NCBI GenBank assembly: GCA_039931865.1
Contig: JBDTRB010000006.1
Coordinates: forward strand, 881 to 64,880
Direction of reading: 5' to 3'
Length of the DNA stretch: 64,000 nucleotides
Origin: Acidobacteriota bacterium
GTDB lineage: Bacteria > Acidobacteriota > Thermoanaerobaculia > UBA5066 > Gp7-AA6
Shown here: positions 16,163 through 25,507 of the stretch, in pieces
How the letters are laid out: the number at the start of each line of letters is the position of its first letter
Numbering within the stretch: position 1 is the stretch's first letter
Translations under genes and position numbers: made by a program
Notes under the pieces: generated by a model
Database searches by the model: none
What the model saw: the letters and a program-made list of their open reading frames with translations, nothing else
Told to the model about the DNA's origin: nothing

Positions 16163-18216
16163 GAGAAATGCCTGACCCGGCGGCCCGGGTCGCCCCCCGG
16201 ACCGTCCCGGCGGGCCGGGCCGCCAGCGCCTGTCCCCTGGACTGTCCCGACGCCTGCAGCCTCGAGGTGCACGTCGAAAACGGGATCGCCGTTTCCGTAG
16301 GAGGAACCCGCGCGAACCCGCTGACGGCCGGGTACATCTGCGCGAAGGTCCGGCGCCTGCCCGAGCACGTCCACGGTGCGGCCCGGGTCCGCTTTCCGCG
16401 GATCCGCGTCGGCGCGAAGGGCGAGGGACAATTCCGGCAGGCGAGCTGGGACGAGGCGCTCGACCTCGTCGCCTCCCGGATGGCGGAGCTTTCGGCCAGC
16501 GGAGAGGGAGAGGCGATCCTGCCGGTCTCCTACGGCGGGTCGAACGGGTATCTGTCCCAGGACACCACGGACGCGCGACTCTTCTCCCGGCTCGGGGCGT
16601 CCCGCCTGGCGCGGACGGTCTGCTCCGCGCCTTCGGGCCGGGCGGCCTTCGGTCTCTACGGAAAGATGGCGGGTATCGCCCTCGACGACTACGCGCACGC
16701 GAAGCTCGCCGTCGTCTGGGGGGCGAATCCTTCGGCGACCGGGATTCACCTGCTCCCGCACCTGCAGGCGGCGCGCCGCGCCGGAGGCCGGCTGGTCGTG
16801 CTCGATCCGCGGCGCACCCGCCTCGCGGGGGAGGCCGACCTCCACCTGCCGCTGCGTCCCGGAACGGATCTCCCCGTCGCGCTGTCGGTTCACCGCTGGC
16901 TCTTCGAGAATGGATTCGCGGATCTCGCTTTTCTGGAAGAGCACACGACGGGGTGGGAAGAGCTGCGGCGGCGCGCCGCCTCCTGGACGATCTCGAAAGC
17001 CGCCGCGGTGTCCGGCCTTCCGGAGCAGGACCTCGAGCTCTTCGCGCGGTGGTACGCGGAGTCCGCTCCCGCGGCGATCCGCTGCGGATGGGGGCTCGAG
17101 CGCAACCGCAACGGCGGGTCCGCGACCGCTGCGATCCTCGCGCTGCCGGCGGTCGGCGGAAAATTCGGCGTGCGCGGCGGCGGGTATACGCTCTCGAACT
17201 CCGCGGTCTGGGAGCTCGACTCGCTCCGCGCGGCACAGTCCGATCCATCACCGGCGCGCCAGGTCAACATGACCCGCACGGGAGAAGCCCTCCTCGACAA
17301 AGAGCGCCCGGTACGCCTTCTCTTCGTTTACAACTGCAACGCCCTGATGACCCTGCCCGAGCAGGAAAAGGTCCGAACGGGGCTCGAGCGGGAAGATCTC
17401 TTCACGGTGGTGTTCGACCCCGTGATGACCGACACAGCGCTGTACGCGGACGTGGTCCTTCCGGCCACGACCTTTCTCGAGCGCTCGGAGCTCTCGCGCG
17501 GATATGGCGCCTACATCCTCCAGGAAGCCGGCCCGGTCATTCCACCGGTCGGCGAATCGCGGCCGAACCACGAGGTCTTCGGCGAGCTCTGCCGCCGCGC
17601 GGGAGTCGCGCGGCCGGGAGACGCCATGACGGCCTCGGAGCTGACCGCGGAGATCCTCGGCGGGCACGCGTCCGAGGGCGTCTGGAGTGCTTCGCTCGCT
17701 TCGGATGCGACGGCCGAGCCGTCCTCGGGACGCTCCCCGATCCAGTTCGTCGACGTCTTCCCGAGAACTCCGGATCGCCGCGCGCACCTCGTGCCGCCCG
17801 ATCTCGACGCCGAAGCCCCAATGGGCCTTTACGGGTATCGCGAGGACCCCGCGACCGAGGCTTTCCCGCTCGCGCTCGTGTCGCCCGCGAGCGACCGGAC
17901 GATCACGTCGACTCTCGGAGAGCTTTACCGCGACATCGCCGTTCTCGAGATGCATCCCGCCGACGCGCTGGCGCGTGGGATCTCCGACGGCGACCGCGTC
18001 GCGGCGCACAACCTTTCCGGCCGGGTCTCCTGCGTCGCCCGAGTGGCTCCGACGGTGCGTCCGGGCGTCGTGTCCGTCCCGAAGGGGCTCTGGAGCCACA
18101 ACACTTTCGGAGGCTCCACTGCGAACGCGGTCGCCCCCGACACCCTCGCGGATCTCGGAGGGGGAGCCTGCTACAACGACGCGAGGGTCGAGGTGGAGAG
18201 GCTTCCCGCCGAATGA
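16150..18216 (+). CDS. molybdopterin (bis-MGD) oxidoreductase family protein
   Basis: N-terminal 4Fe-4S motif CPLDCPDACSL...x26...C and 688 aa of MopB-like sequence ending in a molybdopterin dinucleotide-binding-type region. The start is GTG 16150 or ATG 16168. Confidence 0.8.
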   Translation: MEAIREMPDPAARVAPRTVPAGRAASACPLDCPDACSLEVHVENGIAVSVGGTRANPLTAGYICAKVRRLPEHVHGAARVRFPRIRVGAKGEGQFRQASWDEALDLVASRMAELSASGEGEAILPVSYGGSNGYLSQDTTDARLFSRLGASRLARTVCSAPSGRAAFGLYGKMAGIALDDYAHAKLAVVWGANPSATGIHLLPHLQAARRAGGRLVVLDPRRTRLAGEADLHLPLRPGTDLPVALSVHRWLFENGFADLAFLEEHTTGWEELRRRAASWTISKAAAVSGLPEQDLELFARWYAESAPAAIRCGWGLERNRNGGSATAAILALPAVGGKFGVRGGGYTLSNSAVWELDSLRAAQSDPSPARQVNMTRTGEALLDKERPVRLLFVYNCNALMTLPEQEKVRTGLEREDLFTVVFDPVMTDTALYADVVLPATTFLERSELSRGYGAYILQEAGPVIPPVGESRPNHEVFGELCRRAGVARPGDAMTASELTAEILGGHASEGVWSASLASDATAEPSSGRSPIQFVDVFPRTPDRRAHLVPPDLDAEAPMGLYGYREDPATEAFPLALVSPASDRTITSTLGELYRDIAVLEMHPADALARGISDGDRVAAHNLSGRVSCVARVAPTVRPGVVSVPKGLWSHNTFGGSTANAVAPDTLADLGGGACYNDARVEVERLPAE

Positions 18217-19178
18217 GCACCGCGGGCTGGCCTGCGGAGAGCGAGGGAAAACACGCGGATTCCGAGCGCGAGGACCGCCGCAGGCGCCTCCGCGCGGCCC
18301 TGGCCCTGACGGCGGGAGTACTCGCCCTCGAGATCGCCGGCGGAATCATCTCGGGCAGTCTCGCCCTCCTCGCCGATGCGGCGCACCTCTTTGCGGACAT
18401 CGCGGCGCTCATCCTGGCGTACGCCGCGATCACGGTGGCGGGCCGCGCCCCGACAGGGCGGCACAGCTTCGGCCTTTACCGGGCGGAGATCCTCGCCGCA
18501 TTCGTGAACGCCGAGATCCTGCTCCTGATGGCGGTCGGGATCCTCGTCGAGGCGGCGCTGCGGTTGATGTCTCCGATGCCCGTGCGCACCGGCGTGATGC
18601 TCTGGGTCGGCCTCATCGCGCTCGTCGCGAACCTGGTGGCGATGCGGCTGCTCTCGACGGGTCACGTCCACGGTCACAGCCACGGCCACGGCCACGGCGC
18701 GGCCGAGAACCTGAACATGCATGCCGCATACCTGGAGGTGTTCACCGACATGCTCGCCTCCGCCGCGGTTCTCGCCGCCGCGATCGCGATCCCGCGAACC
18801 GGCTGGCTGTGGCTCGACCCCGCGGTGTCGGCCGCCGTCGCTCTCTTCATCCTTCCTCGGGCCGCGTCGCTCCTGAAGCAGTCCGCCCACATCCTGCTCG
18901 AGGGCTCTCCGGGCAACATCGACCCCGCGGCGGTGCGGGAGGCGGTGCTGCGCGTCTCCGGCGTCGAAGCGATCCACGATCTCCACATGTGGACACTGAC
19001 GTCGGGAGTGCATTCCGCGAGCGTGCACATCCGCGCCGCTCCCGACACGCCGCGCAGCGAGGTCCTGATTGCGGTCCAGCAGGCGTTGAAGGAAGTCGCG
19101 AGTGTGGACCACGCCACCATCCAGGTCGAGTGGGGAACAGAAATGACGTGTCATGCGTCCAACCGCGGCCACGCCTGA
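18213..19178 (+). CDS. cation diffusion facilitator (CDF) metal efflux transporter
   Basis: SLALLADAAHLFADIAAL, a His-rich loop HVHGHSHGHGHG, and HDLHMWTLTSG. The ATG overlaps the upstream stop (ATGA at 18213-18216). Confidence 0.88.
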   Translation: MSTAGWPAESEGKHADSEREDRRRRLRAALALTAGVLALEIAGGIISGSLALLADAAHLFADIAALILAYAAITVAGRAPTGRHSFGLYRAEILAAFVNAEILLLMAVGILVEAALRLMSPMPVRTGVMLWVGLIALVANLVAMRLLSTGHVHGHSHGHGHGAAENLNMHAAYLEVFTDMLASAAVLAAAIAIPRTGWLWLDPAVSAAVALFILPRAASLLKQSAHILLEGSPGNIDPAAVREAVLRVSGVEAIHDLHMWTLTSGVHSASVHIRAAPDTPRSEVLIAVQQALKEVASVDHATIQVEWGTEMTCHASNRGHA

Positions 19179-19204
19179 ACAAGGCGCGAGCCAAAGGAGC
19201 CCGA

Positions 19205-19711
19205 ATGCGATTCTTCTCCGGGATGCTGTTTGGTTTTTTTCTGGTCGGGTTGATCATCGCCGGCGTCGTGGGCGCGGGCGTCTATAACGTGGCCGCGACC
19301 GCGAGCCCGTCCCGCCTCGAATCGCGCGTGTCGCAGTTCGCGTTGAATCGCTCGGTCGCGCGCCGCGCGCCGGCGGCGAAGAACCCCCAACCCGCCGCAC
19401 CGGAGACCTGGAAGGTGGGCCTGGTGCACTACCGCGAAAACTGCGTCATGTGCCACGCCGCGCCCGGCGTGGACCCGGCGGAGCTCGGCATGGGCTTGAA
19501 CCCGCCGGCCCCCGATCTCACGCTGCCGCGCGTCCAGGCGCGGCCGGACGGCGAGCTCTACTGGCTGGTCGCGAACGGTATTCGGACCACGGGAATGCCC
19601 GCGTTCTCGCCGACCCACAAGCCCGAACAGATCTGGCAGATCGTCGCGTTCCTGCGCCATCTGCCCGAGCTGAGCGCCGAGGAACAGAAGTCGCTGAAGG
19701 GGAAAGAGTGA
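19205..19711 (+). CDS. membrane-anchored mono-haem c-type cytochrome
   Basis: N-terminal transmembrane segment FFSGMLFGFFLVGLIIAGVVGAGV, CVMCH haem-binding motif, and a distal GMPAF Met ligand region. Confidence 0.8.
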   Translation: MRFFSGMLFGFFLVGLIIAGVVGAGVYNVAATASPSRLESRVSQFALNRSVARRAPAAKNPQPAAPETWKVGLVHYRENCVMCHAAPGVDPAELGMGLNPPAPDLTLPRVQARPDGELYWLVANGIRTTGMPAFSPTHKPEQIWQIVAFLRHLPELSAEEQKSLKGKE

Positions 19712-19719
19712 CGGGGGCC

Positions 19720-19791
19720 GTGAGGGGTGAGGGGTTAGGCGGACGGGGTCCTTCCGGCCCTCCGCCTAACCCCTGACGCCTCACCCCTCAC
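19720..19791. repeat. long imperfect inverted repeat filling a convergent gap (possible bidirectional terminator / REP-like)
   Basis: GTGAGGGGTGAGG+GGTTAGGCGGA, a 17-nt loop, then TCCGCCTAACC+(CCTGACG bulge)+CCTCACCCCTCAC. This gives 11-bp and 13-bp perfect stems. No U-tract on either side. Confidence 0.5.
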
Positions 19792-19794
19792 CTC

Positions 19795-20562
19795 TCATAA
19801 AACCGCCTTACGACGGAACTGAACGATTCCCAGCGTGACGAACAGCGCGTTGAACAGAAGCAGACCGGCCGCTACGCCGGAAAACGGCAGATGCCGGAAC
19901 TGCGGAACCAGAGCGGATCGGAGGCCCTCGCTCGAATAGACCATCGGATTCAACAACACGGCCTTCTGCAGGATCGGGAACTTTTCGAGCGCGCTCCACG
20001 GGTAGTAGGTGCAGCCGAAGAAGATCATCGGCGCGAGAACCAGGCTGAACATCAGCCCGATCTGCGTCTGCCCGATCGAGCATCCCAGAGTCAGCCCGAT
20101 CGCGGACGAGAGCAGCGCGACTCCCAGGCAGAGCGCGGCAAAATACACGGGATGCGGTAGCGTCAGCGCGACGCCGCGTCCCATGATGAGCCAGGCCGCC
20201 GGCAGGACGACGAGCCCGGCGACCAGCGCCTGGATCATCCCGGCGAAGATCTTCTCGACCGCCACCCATTCGACCTCGATCGGCGCGAGGAGGCGGTCTT
20301 CGATCTCCTTCGTGAACTGGAATTCCGAGATGACCGGCATCGCGACCGCCTGGATCCCCGCGAGCATCATCGAAAGCGCGATGATGCCGGGAAGCAGGAG
20401 GCTCTTGTATTCCATCGGCATGAACCCGCTCGTCGTGAGAACGCGGCCGAACACGAACACGAGCAGCATCGGCTGCAGCAGTGTCTGAAGCAGGAGCGGA
20501 ACGAAATTCCGGCGCGCGACGTGCGCGTCCCGGGCGAGAAGCGCGAAGAAGGTGCGGCTCAA
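19795..20562 (-). CDS. ABC-2 type transporter permease
   Basis: 255 aa with six predicted hydrophobic segments and a DrrB/NodJ-like N-terminus (FFALLARDAHVARRNFVPLLLQTLLQP). Sits 4 nt downstream of the ATPase gene. Confidence 0.85.
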   Translation of the reverse strand: MSRTFFALLARDAHVARRNFVPLLLQTLLQPMLLVFVFGRVLTTSGFMPMEYKSLLLPGIIALSMMLAGIQAVAMPVISEFQFTKEIEDRLLAPIEVEWVAVEKIFAGMIQALVAGLVVLPAAWLIMGRGVALTLPHPVYFAALCLGVALLSSAIGLTLGCSIGQTQIGLMFSLVLAPMIFFGCTYYPWSALEKFPILQKAVLLNPMVYSSEGLRSALVPQFRHLPFSGVAAGLLLFNALFVTLGIVQFRRKAVL

Positions 20563-20566
20563 TGGC

Positions 20567-21595
20567 TCAATCCCGGAGACTCCGGCCCGTGTGGTGAAGA
20601 AACAGGTTTTCGAGGGAAGGCTCCGAGATGTGAACGTCGGAGACGACCGCTCCGCCGGCGAGAACGCGGTTTAAGAGATCCGGCACCAGCGGCCCGCCGC
20701 GGTCGGCGTACACGTCCGCCCCCGAGGCGCCGACCGGCCGGACCTCGGTGACGCCCTGAGCGTGAGACAGCGAGGTCAGCAGCTCGGGCGTGCGCGGCGA
20801 GATCTGCAGGCGGATGAGATGTCCGCCCGGAATCGTGGCCTTCAACTCTTCCGGCGACCCGAGCGCGATCACCCGCCCGTGGTCCACGATCGCGACGCGC
20901 CCGCAGAGGTCGTCCGCCTCTTCCATGTTGTGGGTCGTCAGCACGATCGTGCGGCCGCGGGCGCCGTATTCCCTCACGATCTCCCAGAGGAGCAGCCGCG
21001 TCTGCGGATCGAGCCCCGACGACGGTTCGTCCAGGAACAGCACGTCCGGCTCATGCATCATCGCGCGGGCGATCGACAGCCGCTGCATCATCCCGCCGGA
21101 AAATCCGACGACGAGCTGGTCCGCCCGGTCCGTCAGCTGAAACCGCTCGAGAAGCGTGCCCGCCCGGGTCTGCCGCTCGGCAGGCGCAATCCCGAAATAC
21201 GCGCCGTGGAAGAGGAGAATCTCGCGTGCGGTCAGCGCGAAGTCGAGATTCGGCCGCTGCGGGACGACACCGATCCGCCGTTTGACGGAGACGCGCTTCT
21301 TCCAGACTTCCTCCTCGCCGATCCACGCGCGTCCTCCCGTCGGACGCACACGCGTCGTCAGGATGCCCACGGTGGTCGACTTCCCGGCGCCGTTCGGCCC
21401 CAGCAGACCGAAGATTTCGCCGGCGCCGATCGAGAGCGTCAGGTCGTCGAGCGCGACGATCTCCACCTTCTGACGACGCGCGGACGCTCCCCGCCACGCG
21501 AACGGGGCGCCGGCGATTCCACGGCCGGCGGAGGCCGACGGAGGCGCGGAGGTATAGACCTTTCTGAGACGTTCGGTCCGGATGGTCAGCGCCAT
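20567..21595 (-). CDS. ABC transporter ATP-binding protein (DrrA/NodI-like)
   Basis: GLLGPNGAGKSTT Walker A, FSGGMMQRLSIARAMM signature, and LFLDEPSSGLD Walker B. A C-terminal extra domain is present. Confidence 0.9.
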   Translation of the reverse strand: MALTIRTERLRKVYTSAPPSASAGRGIAGAPFAWRGASARRQKVEIVALDDLTLSIGAGEIFGLLGPNGAGKSTTVGILTTRVRPTGGRAWIGEEEVWKKRVSVKRRIGVVPQRPNLDFALTAREILLFHGAYFGIAPAERQTRAGTLLERFQLTDRADQLVVGFSGGMMQRLSIARAMMHEPDVLFLDEPSSGLDPQTRLLLWEIVREYGARGRTIVLTTHNMEEADDLCGRVAIVDHGRVIALGSPEELKATIPGGHLIRLQISPRTPELLTSLSHAQGVTEVRPVGASGADVYADRGGPLVPDLLNRVLAGGAVVSDVHISEPSLENLFLHHTGRSLRD

Positions 21596-21605
21596 GGTGA
21601 AATCC

Positions 21606-22982
21606 TCACCTCAGGCGGCCCATCAATTCGGGGGCCGGAGTCTCCGCGCGGTCCGCCCGAGGAACCGCCAGCGCGTTCTTCACCACGTCTCCCACCGAGA
21701 TCCCTCCGCGGTAGGCGCCCAGGAAGACGAGACCGGGCCATCGCGCCTCGGCGCGCGCCAGCACTCCCATGCGGTGTGCGTGACCGATCTCGTACTGCGG
21801 AATCGCTCGAGGCCACCGGGTCAGGGCGACCAGCCGCGGCGGGGACGTCGCCCCGAGCGAATGAGACAGCTCGCAAGCCGCGATCGTCTCGAGCTCTCCG
21901 TCGGTGAGGCGCGCCGACGCGGGGTCCGTGGCGCCGCCCGCGAACGCCGTGACCAGCGTCTGTCCGTCCGGAGCGCGGCCCGAGAAAAGGCTGGAGCTCC
22001 AGACGGCTCCGAGCACGCGGCGGCCCGCCGCCGGAACGACGAGGTGGCCGAAGCCGGCGAGAGGAGCGCGAAGGGCGTCCGCCGGCCACGCAAAATGCAG
22101 GACCGCGACCGGCGGGTAAGGAATAGAGGAGAGTGAGACGGCCGCTTCGGCGTCGAATTCGCGCACGAAATGCGCGCTCTCGGCCGCGGCGCAGGCGAGG
22201 ATTACCCGATCCGCCCGCATCGTGCCGGCGGAGCTCCGGACGACCCACCCGTCCCTCTCCGGCGCGATCGACTCGACGGACGTCCCGGCCACCAGACGAT
22301 CCCCGAGCGAGGCGGCGAGGGCTCGCGGCAGCGTCTCGAGCCCGCTCCGAAAGGAGAGGAGGCCGCGCGGCCCTGATCGGCGACCGGACCGGTCGCGCCC
22401 GCGGATCGCGGCGATCGCGGTCGCGAGAAGACTTCCGTGCCGCCGCTCGCCACGCGCCAGCGCCGGGAACGCGTCGGAAGCGGACAGCCGCGCCGGATCG
22501 CCGGCGAACACCCCCGAGACGAACGGCGCGACGAAGCGGTCCGCCACTTCCGGACCGAGCCGGCGAGTGAAGAACGCCCGCACGCTCTCCGGAGGTGACG
22601 CGAGCGCGGCGCGGCGAACGAAAGGCTCATGCAACAGCCGCATTTTCCCCGCGCGAGAAAGCAGCGGGGTTCGCGCGAACGCCAGGGCGGATGAGGGCAT
22701 CGCATGCAGCGCTCCGTTCCAGTCGATGTACCGGGGCAGGCGCGGGCTCGAGAAGAGCATCTCGGACTCGAGGCCGAGGTCTCGCACGATCGCGAGCAGT
22801 TCCGGCGTCGGCCGGACCGTGTTCGGCCCGAGCTCCACGAGAAACCCCTCACGGTGCTCCGTGCGCACGACCCCGCCCGGCCGCTCCGAACGCTCCAGGA
22901 CCCGGACGTCTTCTCCGCCGGCCGCGAGAGAACGGGCGCAGACGAGCCCCGCGAGCCCGGCGCCGACCACGACGGTCGTCAC
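21606..22982 (-). CDS. hemY: protoporphyrinogen/coproporphyrinogen oxidase (HemY-type FAD oxidase)
   Basis: VVVGAGLAGLVCA dinucleotide fold, ...GFGHLVP...LGAVWSSSLFSGRAP..., and RAIPQYEIGHAHR. Starts 1 nt after the hemH stop. Confidence 0.85.
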   Translation of the reverse strand: MTTVVVGAGLAGLVCARSLAAGGEDVRVLERSERPGGVVRTEHREGFLVELGPNTVRPTPELLAIVRDLGLESEMLFSSPRLPRYIDWNGALHAMPSSALAFARTPLLSRAGKMRLLHEPFVRRAALASPPESVRAFFTRRLGPEVADRFVAPFVSGVFAGDPARLSASDAFPALARGERRHGSLLATAIAAIRGRDRSGRRSGPRGLLSFRSGLETLPRALAASLGDRLVAGTSVESIAPERDGWVVRSSAGTMRADRVILACAAAESAHFVREFDAEAAVSLSSIPYPPVAVLHFAWPADALRAPLAGFGHLVVPAAGRRVLGAVWSSSLFSGRAPDGQTLVTAFAGGATDPASARLTDGELETIAACELSHSLGATSPPRLVALTRWPRAIPQYEIGHAHRMGVLARAEARWPGLVFLGAYRGGISVGDVVKNALAVPRADRAETPAPELMGRLR

Positions 22983-22983
22983 G

Positions 22984-23979
22984 TCAGGCGGCGGGCGCGT
23001 CGGCCCAGAAATCCGGCTGTGACAGAACGATGTCCTCCAGCGCCGAGAGAAACGTCGGATCGTCGTTCAACCCGGGGGTCCGGCGGAAGTGCGCGATTCC
23101 CGCGGCCCGCGCCGCGTCCCCGAAGAGCTGATCGACCTCGTACAACGTCTCGACGTGATCGGTCACGAACGCGATCGGGATGACGAGGACCTGCGACGCG
23201 CCCGCTCGCCCGAGCTTCCCGAGCACGTCGATCGTCTGAGGGCCGAGCCATTCGATGGGACCCAGCTTCGACTGGTACGCGAGGGAGCGCGGCGACCGTC
23301 CGCCGAGCCGCTCGGCGATCGCGGCGACGGAGGCCTCGACTTCTCTCTGGTACGGATCGCCTTTGCGGGTCACCAGCTTCTTCGGGATCGAGTGCGCCGA
23401 GAACAGGAGGTGGACTGCCTCGGGACGGGGATCGGGGAACTTTGCCATCTCGGCAGCGATCGAATCCGCGTGCGCCTGCACGAACAGGGGATGGGTGGGC
23501 CAGGAGCACATCTCGAAGAGCCGGGCGCCGGGCGCGAAACGGCGGACCGCTTCGCGGGACCGCTCGAGCGCGCCCCTGGTGGTGGTCAGGGAATATTGCG
23601 GATAGAGGGGCACCGCCAGAAAACGGTCCACACCGGAGCGGGCGAGCTCGCGGACCACGTCCTCGACGAGCGGAGCGGAACAGGTCATCGCAGTCTTCAC
23701 CGGAATCGCACGGCCGAGCTGCGCAAGCCGCCGTTCGACTCCCGCCGCCTGCTGATCGGTCAGCCGCCGGATCGGGGACCCGCCGCCGATCGCCCGATAC
23801 AGCTCCCGCGACGCTTTCTTCCGAGCGAGCGCGATCGACCCGGCGATTGCCTTGCGGAGAATCGCTGGCCGGACGCGGATCACGTCCGGGTCGGAGAAAA
23901 GCCGGTACAGGAAACCCGGCACGTCGTCGAGCGTCTCGGGGCCGCCCAGCTGGAGAAACAGGATCGCGCGGGACGTCAT
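22984..23979 (-). CDS. hemH: ferrochelatase
   Basis: ILFLQLGGPETLDDVPGFLYRLFSDP, ...PLYPQYSLTTT..., and FSAHSIPKK...ETLYE. Confidence 0.9.
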   Translation of the reverse strand: MTSRAILFLQLGGPETLDDVPGFLYRLFSDPDVIRVRPAILRKAIAGSIALARKKASRELYRAIGGGSPIRRLTDQQAAGVERRLAQLGRAIPVKTAMTCSAPLVEDVVRELARSGVDRFLAVPLYPQYSLTTTRGALERSREAVRRFAPGARLFEMCSWPTHPLFVQAHADSIAAEMAKFPDPRPEAVHLLFSAHSIPKKLVTRKGDPYQREVEASVAAIAERLGGRSPRSLAYQSKLGPIEWLGPQTIDVLGKLGRAGASQVLVIPIAFVTDHVETLYEVDQLFGDAARAAGIAHFRRTPGLNDDPTFLSALEDIVLSQPDFWADAPAA

Positions 23980-24020
23980 CAGCGTCCTCGCGCTATAGCG
24001 AGCGGGCCCGTCATGGCGTT

Positions 24021-24060
24021 CACAGCATCACAGCGTCACAGCATCACAGCATCACAGCGT
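24021..24060. repeat. five tandem 8-mers CACAGC(A/G)T
   Basis: Read directly from the sequence: cacagcat cacagcgt cacagcat cacagcat cacagcgt. The array overlaps the last codons and stop of hemN and lies upstream of hemH. A 10-bp palindrome CGCTATAGCG is adjacent at 23991-24000. Confidence 0.8.
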
Positions 24061-25440
24061 CCTCGAGAACACCGGGCGCTCCGCCGGCGCTGCAAGATAC
24101 GCGTCGAATGGCATCGCGAGGTTTCGAAGGAAGACGCGGCCCGCCGCGGTCGCCCGGATCTCGCCCGGCGCCAGCTCGACGAGGCCGTCGTCCGCGCACG
24201 GGCGAAGCCGTTCGAGAGCGTCGGCAAAGGTGTCGTCGAAATGGATCCCGTGCTCCCTCTCGATCTCGGACTTCACGATGACGCCGTGGCAGAGAAGGCT
24301 CTGGATGACGCTGCGCCGCAGCCGGTCGTCCGCCGAGAGCCGGAACCCGCGGAACGTCGCCGCGCCGTCGCGTTCGACTGCCGCGCGGTACGGGCCGAGG
24401 TCGCGGGCGTTCTGGACGTAGCCGTCCCCCACCTCGCCGATGGCGCTCATGCCCATCCCGATCAGGTCCGTGCCGGCCTTGGTGGTGTAACCTTGGAAGT
24501 TCCGGTGCAGGGTGCGGCCGCGGCGCGCGCGCGCGAGCTCGTCGTCGGGCCGCGCGAAGTGGTCCATGCCGATGTACTCAAACCCGGCGTCCTGAAAGCG
24601 CTCGAGAGCGGTCTGGAAGATCCCGAACTTCTCGGATTCCGAGGGGAGGAACGGCTCCAGGATCTTCTGGTGCTTCTTCAGCCACGGGACGTTCGCATAC
24701 GAGTACACCGCGAGACGGTCGGGCCCGATCTCGAGGACCCGGTCGATGGTCGCGCCGAAGGTCTCGGGGGTCTGGTGCGGGAGCCCGTAGATCAGGTCCA
24801 TGTTGATGCTCGCGAACCCGAGCCGCCGGGCGTCTTCGATCAGCCGCCGGGTGTCGTCAAACGGCTGAATGCGGTTGATGGCCGCCTGCACCCGCGGATC
24901 GAAGTCCTGCACGCCCATCGAGAGCCGGTTGAACCCCGCGCGCGCGAGCGCCGCGAGATGTTCCGGAGTCGTCACGCGCGGGTCCACTTCGACGCCGAGC
25001 TCGGCGTCCGAAGAGAAGACGAATCGGTCGCGCAGCCGCGCGAGCAGGCCCTCGAGCTTCTCGGGCGCGAAGTACGTCGGAGTGCCGCCGCCGAGATGGA
25101 GCTGAACGACCTCGCGCGCCTTGCCCGCCCGCTCGGCAACCCAGTCGATCTCGCGGGCGAGCGTCGAGAGATACGGGTCCTCGAGCCGATGCTCCGTTCC
25201 CGTGATGACGACCGTGCACCCGCAGAAGTAGCAGAGCTTCTCGCAGAACGGCAGGTGCAGGTAGAGCGAGAGCGGCCGGGGCCGCGCCTCCGCGCCGGAC
25301 TCGACGAGCAGCTCCTCGTAGTCGCCGGCGCCGACGCCCTCCTTCCACACCGGAGCGGTGGGGTAGGAGGTGTACCGGGGCCCGGGAACGTTGTAGCGCC
25401 GCAGGAGGTCGACCGAAAGACGGCCGATGCCGTCGCTCAC
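24052..25440 (-). CDS. hemN: oxygen-independent coproporphyrinogen III oxidase (radical SAM)
   Basis: 462 aa with GPRYTSYPTAPVW and LHLPFCEKLCYFCGC, which is CxxxCxxCxC including the fourth Cys. HLGGGTPTY is also present. This indicates the HemN type rather than the shorter HemW type. Confidence 0.9.
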   Translation of the reverse strand: MSDGIGRLSVDLLRRYNVPGPRYTSYPTAPVWKEGVGAGDYEELLVESGAEARPRPLSLYLHLPFCEKLCYFCGCTVVITGTEHRLEDPYLSTLAREIDWVAERAGKAREVVQLHLGGGTPTYFAPEKLEGLLARLRDRFVFSSDAELGVEVDPRVTTPEHLAALARAGFNRLSMGVQDFDPRVQAAINRIQPFDDTRRLIEDARRLGFASINMDLIYGLPHQTPETFGATIDRVLEIGPDRLAVYSYANVPWLKKHQKILEPFLPSESEKFGIFQTALERFQDAGFEYIGMDHFARPDDELARARRGRTLHRNFQGYTTKAGTDLIGMGMSAIGEVGDGYVQNARDLGPYRAAVERDGAATFRGFRLSADDRLRRSVIQSLLCHGVIVKSEIEREHGIHFDDTFADALERLRPCADDGLVELAPGEIRATAAGRVFLRNLAMPFDAYLAAPAERPVFSRTL

Positions 25441-25507
25441 TCGCGCCTCGAAGAGATCGCGCGGTGGCGCAAGCCGGGGCGGGCGGCGAATGGGCCCGCG
25501 GCGTCCG

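Noticed and set aside
14297-17251. 984-aa minus-strand ORF, the longest unexplained ORF in the track
   Set aside because: It lies entirely antisense to the well-supported M1 aminopeptidase and molybdopterin oxidoreductase genes. Its composition is dominated by R, P, G, A and S, and it has no motifs. This is a typical high-GC antisense artefact.
24021-24060. CRISPR-like array (also considered for the CCAGG tract at 48666)
   Set aside because: The repeats are contiguous 8-mers and 5-mers without spacers, and there are no cas genes. They are microsatellite-type tandem repeats, not CRISPR.
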